From Takakia lepidozioides (lineage: Eukaryota > Plantae > Bryophyta), in contig CM060734.1 of NCBI GenBank assembly GCA_030704615.1, positions 6,386,001 through 6,450,000 on the forward strand: a stretch of 64,000 nucleotides of DNA. The letters run 5' to 3'. Of the stretch, positions 1 through 12,580 are shown one piece after another (within the stretch, counting starts at the first letter, position 1; every line of letters starts with the position of its first letter). The translations under genes and the position numbers were made by a program. A model generated the notes under the pieces. The model made no database searches. It saw nothing but the letters and a program-made list of their open reading frames with translations, and was not told the origin of the DNA.

Positions 1-381
1 ATCTTTTAAACATATACATAAAATTATTCAAAAAGAAAAGAAATAATAAAGTTGGTTAATTGAAATTAATTTTTTGTTGTTTACTGAATAAATAATATTT
101 ACACTATAATATCTCTCCTCTAAAATAACCATAACCCTTTATACCAAGGGTATTCGCATTGCTTATTTCTGGACTATTGTTTTCATAAATACATCAATGA
201 GTTAGTACTAACTGTTGGTTACAAATTACAAACGCAAACACTTATAACATAGAAAAATTATAATCCACACTAGCAGCACCCTTGGGGCTAGGCAGCGCCT
301 TCGGGACCTAACCTAGCTCTGTCTAACACGAACCCTAAATTAAGTATGCAACCTGTTAATGGGGTGCATTAATGGTTGATA
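1..381 (+). mobile_element. Partial LTR (3' end), same family as the 9329-12580 solo LTR, opposite orientation
   Basis: Reverse complement of 1-381 aligns with about 9329-9716. Both copies stop at the same terminus (...ggttgata). Confidence 0.85.
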
Positions 382-439
382 CACCGCATTCAATTGTGAC
401 CGAGCTATATAAGTGGACACTTTCTTCAATGCCAATCGA

Positions 440-973
440 CTAACTGCGAACTTCATCCATTCCATTAACTGCGGTGGAGCCCCCCTTGAAGTAATCCTCA
501 GGAACAAAAGACTCGTCCTTAAAACCATCGACATCAAAACCGGCCTGAGGCAGTAGCAAGACTTCCGTGACAGTACGCACATCCACTAATATCTCAATGT
601 TATTGACTGTTCCAGTCCTAGTAACATGATCATAAGAATTATAGAATTGCATGACCGTGGCCATACTGGCCTTTGGCAGACTCTTCACAGACAATAACAA
701 GAATTCTAACATCCCGGACTGTCTCCACAGTGCTCTCTGCTCACGACCGCCCAGAATCAAATTAATATCTCCTCCTCGCAACTCCCCTGCCATCATTGAA
801 ACTGCTCCTAGCAAAGACTGCTGCACAGCTTTCTTCACCATCCTGATGACTTTCCTCACCTCTCGGAGAAACACTCTCTCTCTCCACTCACTGCACTCAC
901 ACTTCTTATTACGACAAACTATCTGAGCTGCAAGAACAATGGACAGACAGTGAAAATGGCAAGAAGGGCCCAC
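440..973 (-). pseudogene. Putative retrotransposon 3' accessory ORF remnant
   Basis: Lies downstream of a degenerate integrase on the same strand. The pattern VMQFYNSY...V.N.EI.VD...V..VL.LP..G resembles extra ORFs of plant Ty3 elements. Weak. Confidence 0.35.
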
Positions 974-2074
974 TCCTATCTATCGCACATGATGGCTTAA
1001 CCTAACAGCTGTCATATACGACTACGATCGTCCTACAACCATAAAGAACTAACCGTCTCCTGTAAGTTAAAAATAGAGGTCCTAACACCCATGACACACA
1101 TCCCGTTAGTACTCCATTTATCCCAGACTGCAGCGGAAGAGAAAGCCTGGCATAACCGGGAATCTTTATTGTTTCTCTCAACATGTCATCTGCTTTCTTT
1201 GATTTATCATCCCCGGAGCGTGAAGTCGTGTCCTTGATCCGTGAGTCATTCACTTCTGTATACATCCAGCATCATTCTCCCATTGGCATGGCGGCCTGTC
1301 AGTAGAGCCTATGTTCAACCTTCAGATGACAATACGTGCTTCAAGCTTTGACATTCTCCAAGATGTGTGTGCAGCTATATGCTTAGTTGAATTGCTCCGC
1401 TATATGCTGTGTTAATTCATCTTCTAGCTATGACTCCATCGTGCTTGACAAACTTGCTTTATTTCGTTCTACGTGACTGCAAACCTGCTACTCTTTGTAA
1501 ATGTCGTTTCCAAATGCATTCTGTAACGGTTCATGATGTCTACTTCACAAGATCAGTTGCTAAATTTCTACTTCACACGTTCACATTCTGCTCATGTTCG
1601 CTTGCAATCAGGGGCCACGTCCGTTTACTTCACCACCCAACTAAATCTCAACAATGCGAGAGAGCCTGTTCAGCCCGAGCTGCTAGCTTTATACCTGCCT
1701 AATCATAGGCCTGATCCTATCCTCCACCGTCACACCACGTGCTAATTTAGTAACTAGAAACCAAAAATTAATAATCTACCTTCTTAGGCTTAAAGATTTA
1801 GTGGCCACTGGGTATTATTCCCCTCTGCGCCACATGCCTGCTCATTTCTAAATAAACACTAGGACGACGTGTACATCCCTATGTCCACCCTTTTCAGTGA
1901 TGCCACCTAGTCACTATTATTGTGGCCACACCACTTCCTAAATCGTCGCTGAGCAGTTTGTCTTATTTCTACAACCTCATCCTTAGGTAATGAAAAATTA
2001 ACATTTTGCTGCGTATTTCATTCCTTCATCATCCAGCCACACCGTCATCCACAGGTTAATGAGAACCCTTGATT

Positions 2075-4935
2075 TCATCCTTGCTCGTCATCCATGCTGC
2101 CCGCCGTCATCTGCTGATGAAAATTTGTAATATCCATCCCATTGCTCCTAATGAAAAATCGCGATTTCATCTCCTGCTTCTTCGCACCTTGAGGGTCAAG
2201 CCCTAGTTTCCTCGTCTCTCTCCTGGAGTTCTTCCGTGTTTCCCTCATCACCTCCATTCGACCTACAGGTGTAAGTCCTCCGATTTTAAGCTGTCTGGCC
2301 CTCCAGACAAAAACTACTCCAGCTGTCGTTTCGTTACTCGGGAATATGAGTTTTGAATCCCGCCATGTGTCACCCCACTGTTTTCCAGCTCTGTCTTGCA
2401 CATTGCAAGTTCGCTCTGCCTTTTCTTTTGTACCTCCCTGGTGTTTGTTAATGTATGTTTGAAATCTGGAATGCCCTTCCCATGTCGCCGCTTCCTCATC
2501 CATCAGCTGCACTCGTTCAGTTATCCCTCCTATGTACTTATCACTACTGACTCTCAGGTTGTTTCCTGTAAGTTCCAGCTCGCACGGAGAGATATTGGTC
2601 GCAGCCTGCACTTCAACTCGATTGCGAAATAGTGTCTTGAGGTCTCTGTTCCACTCTCCACCATTTCTTCCACTCATTACTTTGATGCTTGATTTCAATG
2701 ATTTGATCACGCATCCAATCCGTTGGTTGCTCTGTGGCCAGTACGGGGCCGACTGCTCTTGTTTCATCCCGAATCGCTCATATATCTCCAAAAATTCACC
2801 CTTAATCCACTCACAGCCTTGATCTGTTGATGTGACCTTTTGTGTGCCGTATCTATAGGTCATTTGTTCCTCCAAAAATCGGGCAGTTGAGTAATCCGTG
2901 TGATCTGCAACTGGTCTGATTTCCACACACTTGGAGCATTGGCCGATTAGAGCATGACGAGTTCCCTCGCTCTTGGCACAGATCTCTCCTTGTCCACGAC
3001 AATCCTGCAGCCCGTATCCTTCTTAGGTATGATTCTTCGTTTCGCACAACCAGCTTGCAGGGTTCCTGTCATTTTTTTTTACTCGCACCATGTGCCTGTC
3101 CTTATTGCTCGCTTGATCTCCGCAGTGCCACTATGCCAGCAGAAACGATCACATATTTTTGCCTGGATTTTCCTTACTCCACAATATCCCAATCTAGTGC
3201 GTCTTCTTCTTATGTAATTTGCCTTTCTCTTTGTACTCCTTGGAACCATAAATCCCTTGGGCATCAAGCCTCCATCGCTCTTCTGATAGTATTTGTTCTG
3301 TCCTTGCACCCACATTCTCTCTTTCCTTGTGAGATAACCATGAATAGGACCAGTCTTCATATGGCACACCGCTTGTTCCTCATTCCATGTGTCACCTTGA
3401 TACTTCTTGTTGTTGCGCAGGTCATAACTGTCTTCACCACTTTGCTCCAGTTCCCAAAAAATTAAGTTCCCCAATGCTGCTTGTTTTCCCTCTTTGTCAA
3501 CAGGCTTTGCTGCTTTGCCTGTGTGATTCTCTCCATCACATGAATCCTGTAACTCCTGATTTTCTGTTTTGGTTGTCCCATCCTTGGTATGTTTTCTCTC
3601 TTTTGCTGTCACTCTTGCCACTCTCTGACCCGTTTTGGTCATTTGTGCAGGCCGTGGCTGCTGCCCACTCTCATCAATGCACGACCTTTCTACTGCCTCT
3701 GGTCTCTTGGTGGTCCAACCAGCTAAGTCACCCAACTCTGCATTGCTTCCCTTGTGCCCATGGTGGTTTATCATAAATGTTGCCCCCATGCTTGCTTTGC
3801 TCACTGTTTTCAGATTGTCATGACTTTTCAGGACCCCACTTGCTTGCTCCCTCTCGTTGTCATGTGCATCTTGACAGGCAATCTGAACTTCCCTTGCCTC
3901 ATTGTCCTCTTTTCCTGACTGTAGTTCAACTTTTGTTTGCTGATGCATTTCTTTTATGTTCACGTCCTCAGCACCTGAACTTCTCCCAGTCCTCTTAAAC
4001 AAAAGCAAGTCCCCACTCATTGTCTCCCTTTCTGTCTGAGCCGCTCCTTCAATGTCCAGCCCATGTTTATCCCTCTTCTGTGCAGATTTTGGTCCATCTT
4101 TCATACCCTGGACCAGCCTAGCCTTGTCTTCATGTTGCCATGTGTTACCGCCTTGATGCACTGCCCTCACACATGTAGTTTCTCCACTCCTTTGTTTATT
4201 TTCCAGATTTGTGCATGTTTCATATGTGACATCTTGGTAAGTGTTGATGATTCCTTTGATGTCACTTTTTTTTGCTATTCCTCCCTTCCTGTGATTTTGT
4301 CGCATATTACCATCCTTCTTCACATGTATGGCCTTCAATTCCTCATCTTTTTGTGTTATCTTTCCTGAATAATTAGCATTCTCACAGGTGCTCTCCCTGC
4401 TTGCACCTGTCACACTTGAACAACTTACTTCTGAACTATCCCTTGATGTCTCATTCAGGTGTGTTTGCTGCCCATTCATTTCCTCTTCATGTGTCCTGAA
4501 CTCATTCCGTGTGGTTGTCATTGGCAGTTCCCTGCGTTGCAACTTCTTCATCATCCATTTAGTCCACTTCATAGCTGTGAAATGGACCTCCTTTAATGGT
4601 GCATTATCTCTGCTGCTACTCCCGTGCTTGCTCTTCTTCCACCCTCCATTTATCTTGGTAAGCTTCCAAACATCTTGTTGTCCATCATCTTCCTCTCATT
4701 CCATCTGAGCTATCCATTTTAGACCAACCCTTGAAGGGTCCTTCTTTTCAGTCCCTATGTTCTCTGTTGTCCCATTCTTAGCTTGTGCTCCCTTTTGTGC
4801 TGTTTCTATCATCACCTGTTGACCCTTTTGCTTCACTTGTGCAGGCCTTGGTTGTAGCCCACTTTCCTCAGTGCACACTCCATCTTCTGTCTTTGGTTTT
4901 GTGGGTATCCCATCAGCTAAGCCCTTTAATTTCAT
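2075..4935 (-). pseudogene. Highly degenerate Ty3/Gypsy pol remnant (integrase zinc finger and rve core, preceded by a low-complexity linker)
   Basis: LGYCGVRKIQAKICDRFCW...IRTGTWCE (decayed H2C2) at about 3080-3200. TDQGCEW..GEF...SAPYWPQSNQRIG..IKSLK (rve core) in ORF 2075-2926. Confidence 0.7.
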
Positions 4936-5204
4936 GCTACTCCGTGTCTGCCCATCATGGATTGCTTCTTCATATTTTCGAGGTTAGCTATTTCATGAGC
5001 ATGAGCGGCATGAGCGGAGTAGTAAGACAATCGGTTTTCGTGAGCAAAAGTACAAATTCTGGAAATAAAAAACATAAAAAACATTATTTTAATAGAATGT
5101 GTCAGAAAAAAAACCAATATTCATTGTTTGAAGTAGAAATTGTAGTTTTGAGAGCAATGCTCATGATATTTCGTCTTCCGCTCATGCGAATTCCGAGCGA
5201 CATC

Positions 5205-5530
5205 TGCAAAAATGGCGTCGAATTTCGTGGTAATAGGTTTCGCAAGCGGAGAAATCGGCGACGTATTGTGCGGTAATAGGTGTCTCTGGCGAAAAATGGC
5301 GTTGAATTTCGCGGTTATAGGTCCCAACTTGATTGAAGTGTAAGCCCAAAATTTGGAAATGTGGCGCCGAATTTGGGTACATGGTGCCGGGGCATTGCAC
5401 AAATGTTGGGCAATTTTGGGCCATGTAATTGGAAATTCGACGCCATTTTTTTAGACATCGTTTTCGTACATGTTGGGACTTAGCCAGCTTTCGGCCCAAA
5501 ACAGGGAAATTCGGTGCCATTTTTTCAGAA
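5205..5530. repeat. Cluster of AAAAATGGCGYCGAATTTC motifs in both orientations
   Basis: Forward copies at about 5208, 5292 and 5357; inverted copies (ggaaattcgacgccattttt) at about 5431 and 5504. Confidence 0.8.
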
Positions 5531-5717
5531 ATGGCCCCCTCAACTGCAACTATTAGAACTCAGTTTTTTGGAAGATTTGCAAATTTTTTTTGCCGCTATT
5601 TTTGTATTGATTTTGTTTCGACATTGAATTGCCACTGGACGTCAACGGATATCCAACAGTCCATAGTGTTTAAAAGACATCATTTTAATATTGTCTGTCT
5701 CATTTCAGGAGTTTTGG

Positions 5718-6442
5718 TGTCGCGGCCCTTTGTCTTGAGGGCAGGGGGTCGGGACACAAGAGGGGTTGCCCCTGTGGTGGGGGCAGTGGCCGCGATAGGT
5801 ATGGGGGGGTTGAAGCACCTTTGAGTGCCCAAAGCATTCAAGGAGGCGGAGGCGCTCACTAGGTGGAGCCCCGCACATCGGGTTGCGGTGGAGGTGGCTC
5901 CACAAGGGGTGGTGGTAGCTTAGCGGGACTTAGTGGGGGTGGTATAAGCTCACCCTGGGGCGGAGACCTCGTGGTGGGAGTTTGTGGGGAGTCTTGGGAC
6001 TCATCACGGTCATAGGGGTCGTGGTGAGTGGGCCAAGACTCACCGCGACTCATCACCGGGAGTCGAGGGTGTTCGTGGTGGTTTGCCATAAAATGGCATG
6101 GTTGTTTGTGAAACCCCCGTGGACAGCTACAGAAGTATATATAGGGAGTAGTAACCCCGAGAACGGTGCAAACTCGTTGGTGACCAAAAGCTAGTGAGTA
6201 AGCGAGCGAGCCGGAAAGCGACCAAAGAGTAGAGAGCTGTTCCGGACTGCCAACTACCAAATGGAATTTCGTTGGTTCTAAATCGTTGGAGGGTTCTTTG
6301 AGAGATCAAGGGGGGACCGTTATGTCCCGGTGAGCAGCCGAAGCTCCAAGTTGGCCCGGCGGCCAGATTGGGAGTTAGGCGCGTGCATCAAGCGAGTAAC
6401 TATGACTTGAGGGGGGAGCTTACCGAAGTGAGGTGCGCGACA
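5718..6442 (+). mobile_element. Solo LTR of the chromovirus family at 17928-24855
   Basis: TG...CA ends (tgtcgcgg...cgcgaca), 5-bp TSD TTTGG at 5713-5717 and 6443-6447, high similarity to 17928-18650. Confidence 0.95.
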
Positions 6443-9328
6443 TTTGGGGTGCAATTCATTACACTGCAAAACAAAGTCTAATGCATCAAAATGCAATTGC
6501 AAATATCCATATGGTGGATTCCCTTTGCCCTATCAATGATTTCAGGAATTCCGGCGGAGAAGTTTGTGCAGTTCGTTCACGCTCAACGCTGGTGCATGAA
6601 TAAAGTCATCAATAGTCAAGTTCATCCTCAACCTCTTCAAGTAAATGTAATACAGATGCTTGCACGGATATTACTTTGACCCCTTCTTTGCTTCCATCAA
6701 CGAGAAATCCGTACAATTGCAAGTCGGCTCCACTCCAATCGTAATTGTGTATACATCGTCGCGTACAGCTGAGTCGGCCGTTATCATCCGATAAATACGC
6801 CCAAGGCCGGGTGAGGGTACATCCACGGAGCTCTGAATAGTGCAAGTCATCCCAAGAGCATTGGCAATCCGAGTCTCATTCAACTTGTTGGGAGGGTGTC
6901 GTCTCTTCACTCTTCCGAATCGCATTGTGGGATGTGCAGAATTGTCCAATCCGTCTCTATTGGACCCAACAGTCTGCAATGGCTGGGTCTGAGGAACTGG
7001 AAATAAGTGGGCCGGGACGTCTGTGCGTTGCACCATTCGAAATCCTGCTGCAGAAATAACATCCGCCTCATTCTGAGAGAGATTGCAACCTGGTGCAACA
7101 GGCCAGACGCCCGGAGGCTCCGACATTCCATGAATCCCGTACTTGGGCTTGCCAAATATACAGGTCATTATGTCGTGCCTACAGAACCAAAACGTCTGCG
7201 TTGTGGTGTGAGAGAATGTGGAAGTCAGAAATCTGCCGCTGAAACAAGGTGCAGGTATAGCACCGTGTGCGTTTCTCCGAATCATCTCACCACAGCGTGC
7301 TCTCGTATCCACCCGGATGACGCAACACTTCCCTCAAAATGCCGGCAATGTCCTTGCAATTCTCCACTGTGACTCCAACACTCTTGTCTCTACAATGGGT
7401 ATGTTGTACTGCGTTACTACAGATGACTCGTTATGTTCCTCGGGCACGTGCCCTGTGCTCAAAGGAGATGACGATCTTGAACGTGCAAGACTTGCGGTGC
7501 TCGACGAGACCTCCTCGGGCAACATCACGGGACCACGAGGGAGCGTGCGAATATTCTTGTCAGCTCGCCATGAATCCTCTTCTCCGCTAGATGCCTCGTT
7601 AAGTCTTCGTCTCACTGGACGGGTGTGAACATCTCCTTCCAAGTGTTGGCCTCTTCGAAGCAATGGCGTATCCCGAAGGCCCTCTCGCAAGGCTGCCGCC
7701 TACTTACGAGGATTCTTCGATCTGGAGGCAGTCCGCATCAGCATTTCCTGCCTGTCCGGCCCCAAGCCCCACTGTTTCCCTTTCAAGAACTCGTTGTACC
7801 TGCATTGCTGCATAATTGACCTCACAATGTCCTCCGTTGTGGCAGTGAGGATGTCCACCAGATGCGCCGCAGAGGAGGCACGCCAGGAATAATGTACTGA
7901 TTCGGCCATGTTTGTTATCGGCATGTCGGTGTTGGAGTCCAGACACATTTCCTGCACATGCACATGTTGAGATTACAAGCAAGTTACAAATAATGACTAG
8001 CATAATATTGAACGGGACGTGAATTCGTCCAACTCACCTCCCGCATATAGTCGCCGAACTGGAGGAAACGATAATACCACCATGCTAGCCAACTGACCAT
8101 TGCTCCCTCGTCTAATTTCTTTACATCACCTGACGTTGTCCACCAAACTCGTATACATGCAAATTGTGTCTCTGCATCATCCAAGATGGGAGCACGCTTC
8201 CATGCAAGACACATGGAACGGTGCTCCTCTCTGAAATCTGGCGCCACGAGCCGGGTTGTGTACTGCGACAAGCTCTACAAAAAATGGAACCCACAAGATC
8301 TCTCCTTGCCTTCCATCGAAACATTGGGGTCTCCCCGTACACCCTTTGGATGGCAACCCAATTTGCTTGTGCGTTGTCCGCCATGAAACCACGGAAATTG
8401 GGAGGGGGCAATCTCGCCCTGGCCATCTGTTCGTTTATTCCCTGCCAAAGAAGCATCTCTGATTGTGTGTCCTCTCCTTTCATTTCACAAATAGCAATTG
8501 TCATTAGCATCCTGCAGTTGGTGTCGTACACATGTGCAGCCATTGTCACCCACTGGTGATTTGTAATTCGCTTGATATGGTCGAACATGACCCAACTGTT
8601 TGACAAGTCCCCGCTCGTCATCCGGTGGACTAGTTCGACACCGCTGTCAGGCCCACACGTGGACATTTTGAATACGAAATAACGATTTGCCTCAGTCCCT
8701 TGTCCAGGAAACCTACTTCCATGAATGTAGTCATATTCACATCGTCGCTTCACCTCCAGAATGGAGTGCATATCCGAGCCACGCCCAATTTTCTGTTTGT
8801 AGGAGACAATGTGGTTTCGGACACTCGGTGAAAAGACGTGGGACACTGACTCCAGCAATGCCTCCATTTCCTTCTCATCGAAAGGAACTTTGTCGGAGCC
8901 GTCTTCCGACATAATTCTGGCCAATGTCATCTTATGGGCGGCCTGCAGCTGTATCTGTTTGGGTTTGGCACCAGGTCTCAACTTAACCTCCTCCTGAACG
9001 AGCTGCTCTGCCTCGTGGGCAGCCTCCCGCGAGTTCCCCCTCGCCAATTTGTGACAATGGGAACCAACGTGTATGCAAGCTCGTGTGAGATCAAGGAAAC
9101 GGTGCAACACATAGAACTGCTTGGCATTACAAACAGACATGCAATGTGGTGGTTCTTTGCAATGCGCACACTTAAATGTGGAAACCTTCTCCTGAGCTCG
9201 AAATGGTTGATGAGCTGTGTCTGTCCAATCCGTCTCGTTCCTGTGACCTCTGGATTTAAAGTGGAAGCAAGTTGGGGAGAAACACCGCAACGCACCCGCA
9301 CAAACAATAACGTAGCGCACCCGCACAC

Positions 9329-12300
9329 TATCAACCATTAATGCACCCCATTAACAGTTGCATACTTAATTTAAGGTTCGTGTTTAGGCACAGCTAGGTT
9401 AGGTCCTGAAGGCGCCGCCTAGCCCCAAGGGTGCTGCTAATGTGGATTATAATGTTTCTATGTTATAAGTGTTTCGCGTTTGTAATCTGTAACCAACAGT
9501 TAGTACTAACTGATTGACGTATTTACGAAAATAATAATCCAGGAATAAGCAATGCGAATGTATAATTACCCTTGGTATAATGGTTATGGTTATTTTAGAG
9601 GAGAGATATCTAGTGTAAATATTAGTTATTCAGTAAACAACAACAAATTAATTTCAATTAACCAACTTTAGTATTTTTTTTCTTTTTGAATAACTTTATG
9701 TATATGTTGAAAAGATAGAGATACTGATTTATTTAGTTCTTACTGAGTGCCCATTAATCTAGGTGAGTCAAGAATAATTAATTAGATCATTTTGAGGGAA
9801 AGATCAACCCAACAAACAATATTATTATAATCAAATAAAAGAAGAGAGTCAAAGCTAACTATAGGAAGTAGTGTGGCGGCTATCGGGATTTGAAACCCCA
9901 ACCTCAAATGCAAACGCAATCTCTAACCAATAAGTCCCTCAGGTGATATTCAATAGTACTTTGTCTATCTAAGTATTTATAGGGCTATTACAAAGGTTCT
10001 GAACAGATGAAAAAACTATATAAATTACAGCTTGTAAGAGTTGAACCCGAACCATGAGGGTGTAGACTATCGGACTAACCATCAAACTAATATAAATATG
10101 TTGTTACTAGTGGTTGCTTTTAGTTATTTAAACACAATACTCCAAGCTCACTCTTTAACATGGCCTGGCAGTTAGAATTCCTTGTTTAAAAAAATTCATA
10201 AGTCCCTGCTACATTCTTCGATTCACTTTCCGTAAAGCATCAGCCGTAACCTAAGCTTTACTCCACAAGATTCTAGAATTATTTTGTGAATCAAAGTTTA
10301 TAAAGGTTTTTAACTCAAATCGTAGCTGCTCATAATAATAATAATAAAACTATTTGCAGTCGAGAATTGCCTTTGTTCAAAAATTCATAATTTTGCACTC
10401 ACCACTTGTTTTCCTTAAATTTGAATCAGATTCCCATTAACATTCTTTCTTCTATGAGATTCAATCAGCACCTCTTCTAGATCATCCAAACTCTAATTAA
10501 GGTCTCAGCTTGAAGTTAGTAATTTAAGCAATAAGATTGGATGTGCTGGGCCAACAAAGAAACAACTAAGTCACATCCTAGTATGATTTTCCAGTTGAAA
10601 ATCGATAGGGCGGTATTTTGATGATTAGCCGCCTTCAACTTAAGTACCCCAGGCTCGTTACATGGAAAAGATAGAACAGAACAGAACAGGGAAGAAAGAA
10701 GAAAAAGAAAACAACCAACCAAAACGAGACAATTCTTTACAACGATTTGGCGGTAGCTTAGGAGTGCTAGATTTCCAAGGTCGTTTCCCCTAGTTCGGCG
10801 TAAATCTAGGACTGTCTAGGATACCTGAAATTTAGACTCAAGTCTGTCTCTATAGAACTCCAAGTAGGTATAGAGGGTAATCTTATAGAAAATAATCAAC
10901 TACTCGAGGTAGATTTTCTTCACACGGTGCTCACCCGAGCACTAGTCCCAAGTTGATGTCGCTGATGGTGCAGGTTTGATGAATTCTGCTCACGGACTGA
11001 TCTGAATTGCTATGGTACGAACGATCTATCAGATTATAAGAGGGTATGTACACGAACACTCAAAAGAAATCTAGACAATAACAAGTTTATCTACTTCAAG
11101 CATGCAAGTCTCGGTGTACCACACGACTCACGTCCACTAACATGACACCTTGATCCCCACGGCTTGCGGCTGTAATATTTAATAAAAAACAGTTCACTAT
11201 ACACCTTGCTTCTTCACTACAACATCTAGCCTACACTAAAACGAAGTAAGAGAGCGAAGAGGAAGAGAGGGAGCGAGAGAAATAAGAACTCGATTGTCTG
11301 TTCTCTCTTTCGCCGGCTAATTTATATCAGTCCGTCGCCCTATATCCGTCATTTGTTTTGACCACTTTCATCCATCCATTTCTCCAAAAAATAATAAATT
11401 ACTACTGGTGCATTTAAGCACCGACACCTAGTTAGAGTTTTTAATTGATTTTTCCTAGAGTGTTCATTAATATAAGATATATATATATATATATATTAAA
11501 TCCTTCAGATCTGCGCCCTCCACCTGAACGGTCCAGATCAAACCATGTGTTTTTTCCTCCATCCATTGTCATCCGTCCAGAGATCTAGCCCGTAATTCAT
11601 CCATCCCTGGTTCCATCCGCTGATTTCATCAATTTTCATTCTTCCTCATAATTTTCATCTATCTGTAACTTTCATCCATCCAGGGACATGACCAACTTAA
11701 ATTGATACATGAACCATTTTAAATCCTCATGAATGTTGCTCCTCATCCATGTCATTCATCCATTTGGGAAGTGGGGATCGCTACCCTTGATCAACCAATA
11801 TCCAGCGGTTCACATTTATCCTTGTTTTCCCATTATCCCTTTCCCGTGCTATGTTGAGATCGGGGAGAGGTTCCCATGCTTGAAGTAGCGAGTTGTAGCG
11901 TTGTTCTGAGAGTCGTCTGCTGGTGAGATCCTCCAACAAGATAAGCATATTTTCCTGCATTTGCTAACTTACAAAGACATTGATCCTGAATCATTCTTGG
12001 CGTTTGAAGACTATTCGTTGAGACTAAATCATACCTCCATACCATGTAGCCTCTAGGGTACTGTCCGCAAACCAAAAGCTGAGTTCCTGTAACTGTCGAC
12101 TCCTTGTTGGAAACTTCAAAGTTATAATCCATAGGGCAGTCTGGCAGACATCGCCAACGCATACTAACGGAATCAAACGCCCACCACTTCCGTGCACTTA
12201 TGAGAGGTTGTACAGTGTGTGCAGGCCCAGCCAGCATGTAAACCCATTCCTCCTTGATCTCTACCCGTTTTGTGAATCTCAAAGACGTCGTTGCGGCCTT

Positions 12301-12580
12301 CGTCATCAATCACCGCTAGCGCATTCTGCCATTTCTTACAACCACCTGTCAACGGTCAATAATAAGAGCGAGGCACCCGTGCAACGCATTCTAGTGTCAC
12401 ATGGTCTGTCAATCCCGGAATCAAGGAGTTGTCCTTCGACTGGTCCTCCATCTCTGCCATTGCTAGAATTCTATTTTATGTATGATTTCTTAATATGATT
12501 TCATACTAAACTTCATAAAATATATACTAATGTACATCAAATGTGCTATTCTAAATTATGATCCGAAAAAGTGATCGACA
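9329..12580 (-). mobile_element. About 3.25-kb solo LTR (TG...TA on minus strand) inserted in transposase 1
   Basis: 5-bp TSD CACAC at 9324-9328 and 12581-12585. Removing it restores the MLDGVRVRYV reading seen in the uninterrupted paralog near 29390-29415. TATA-like tataaa at about 11320 (minus) followed by a CT-rich tract. Confidence 0.85.
11833..12260 (-). pseudogene. Captured F-box/kelch-repeat gene fragment
   Basis: EEWVY...WWAFDSVSMRWRCLPDCP.D..F..SNKES..TGTQLLV.G...VWRYDL...AYLVGG matches the plant F-box/kelch pattern (SDKESLAVGTELLVFG type). Confidence 0.8.

Noticed and set aside
1-9716. 1-381 and 9329-9716 as TIRs of one DNA transposon
   Set aside because: The second copy is the end of a TSD-bounded 3.25-kb insertion; these are independent copies.
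9870-10090. tRNA genes (B-box-like ggtttcaaatccc / gggttcaactc on the minus strand)
   Set aside because: No convincing cloverleaf; at most tRNA-derived decayed repeats inside an LTR.
11477-11496. (TA)n microsatellite
   Set aside because: Ordinary simple repeat.
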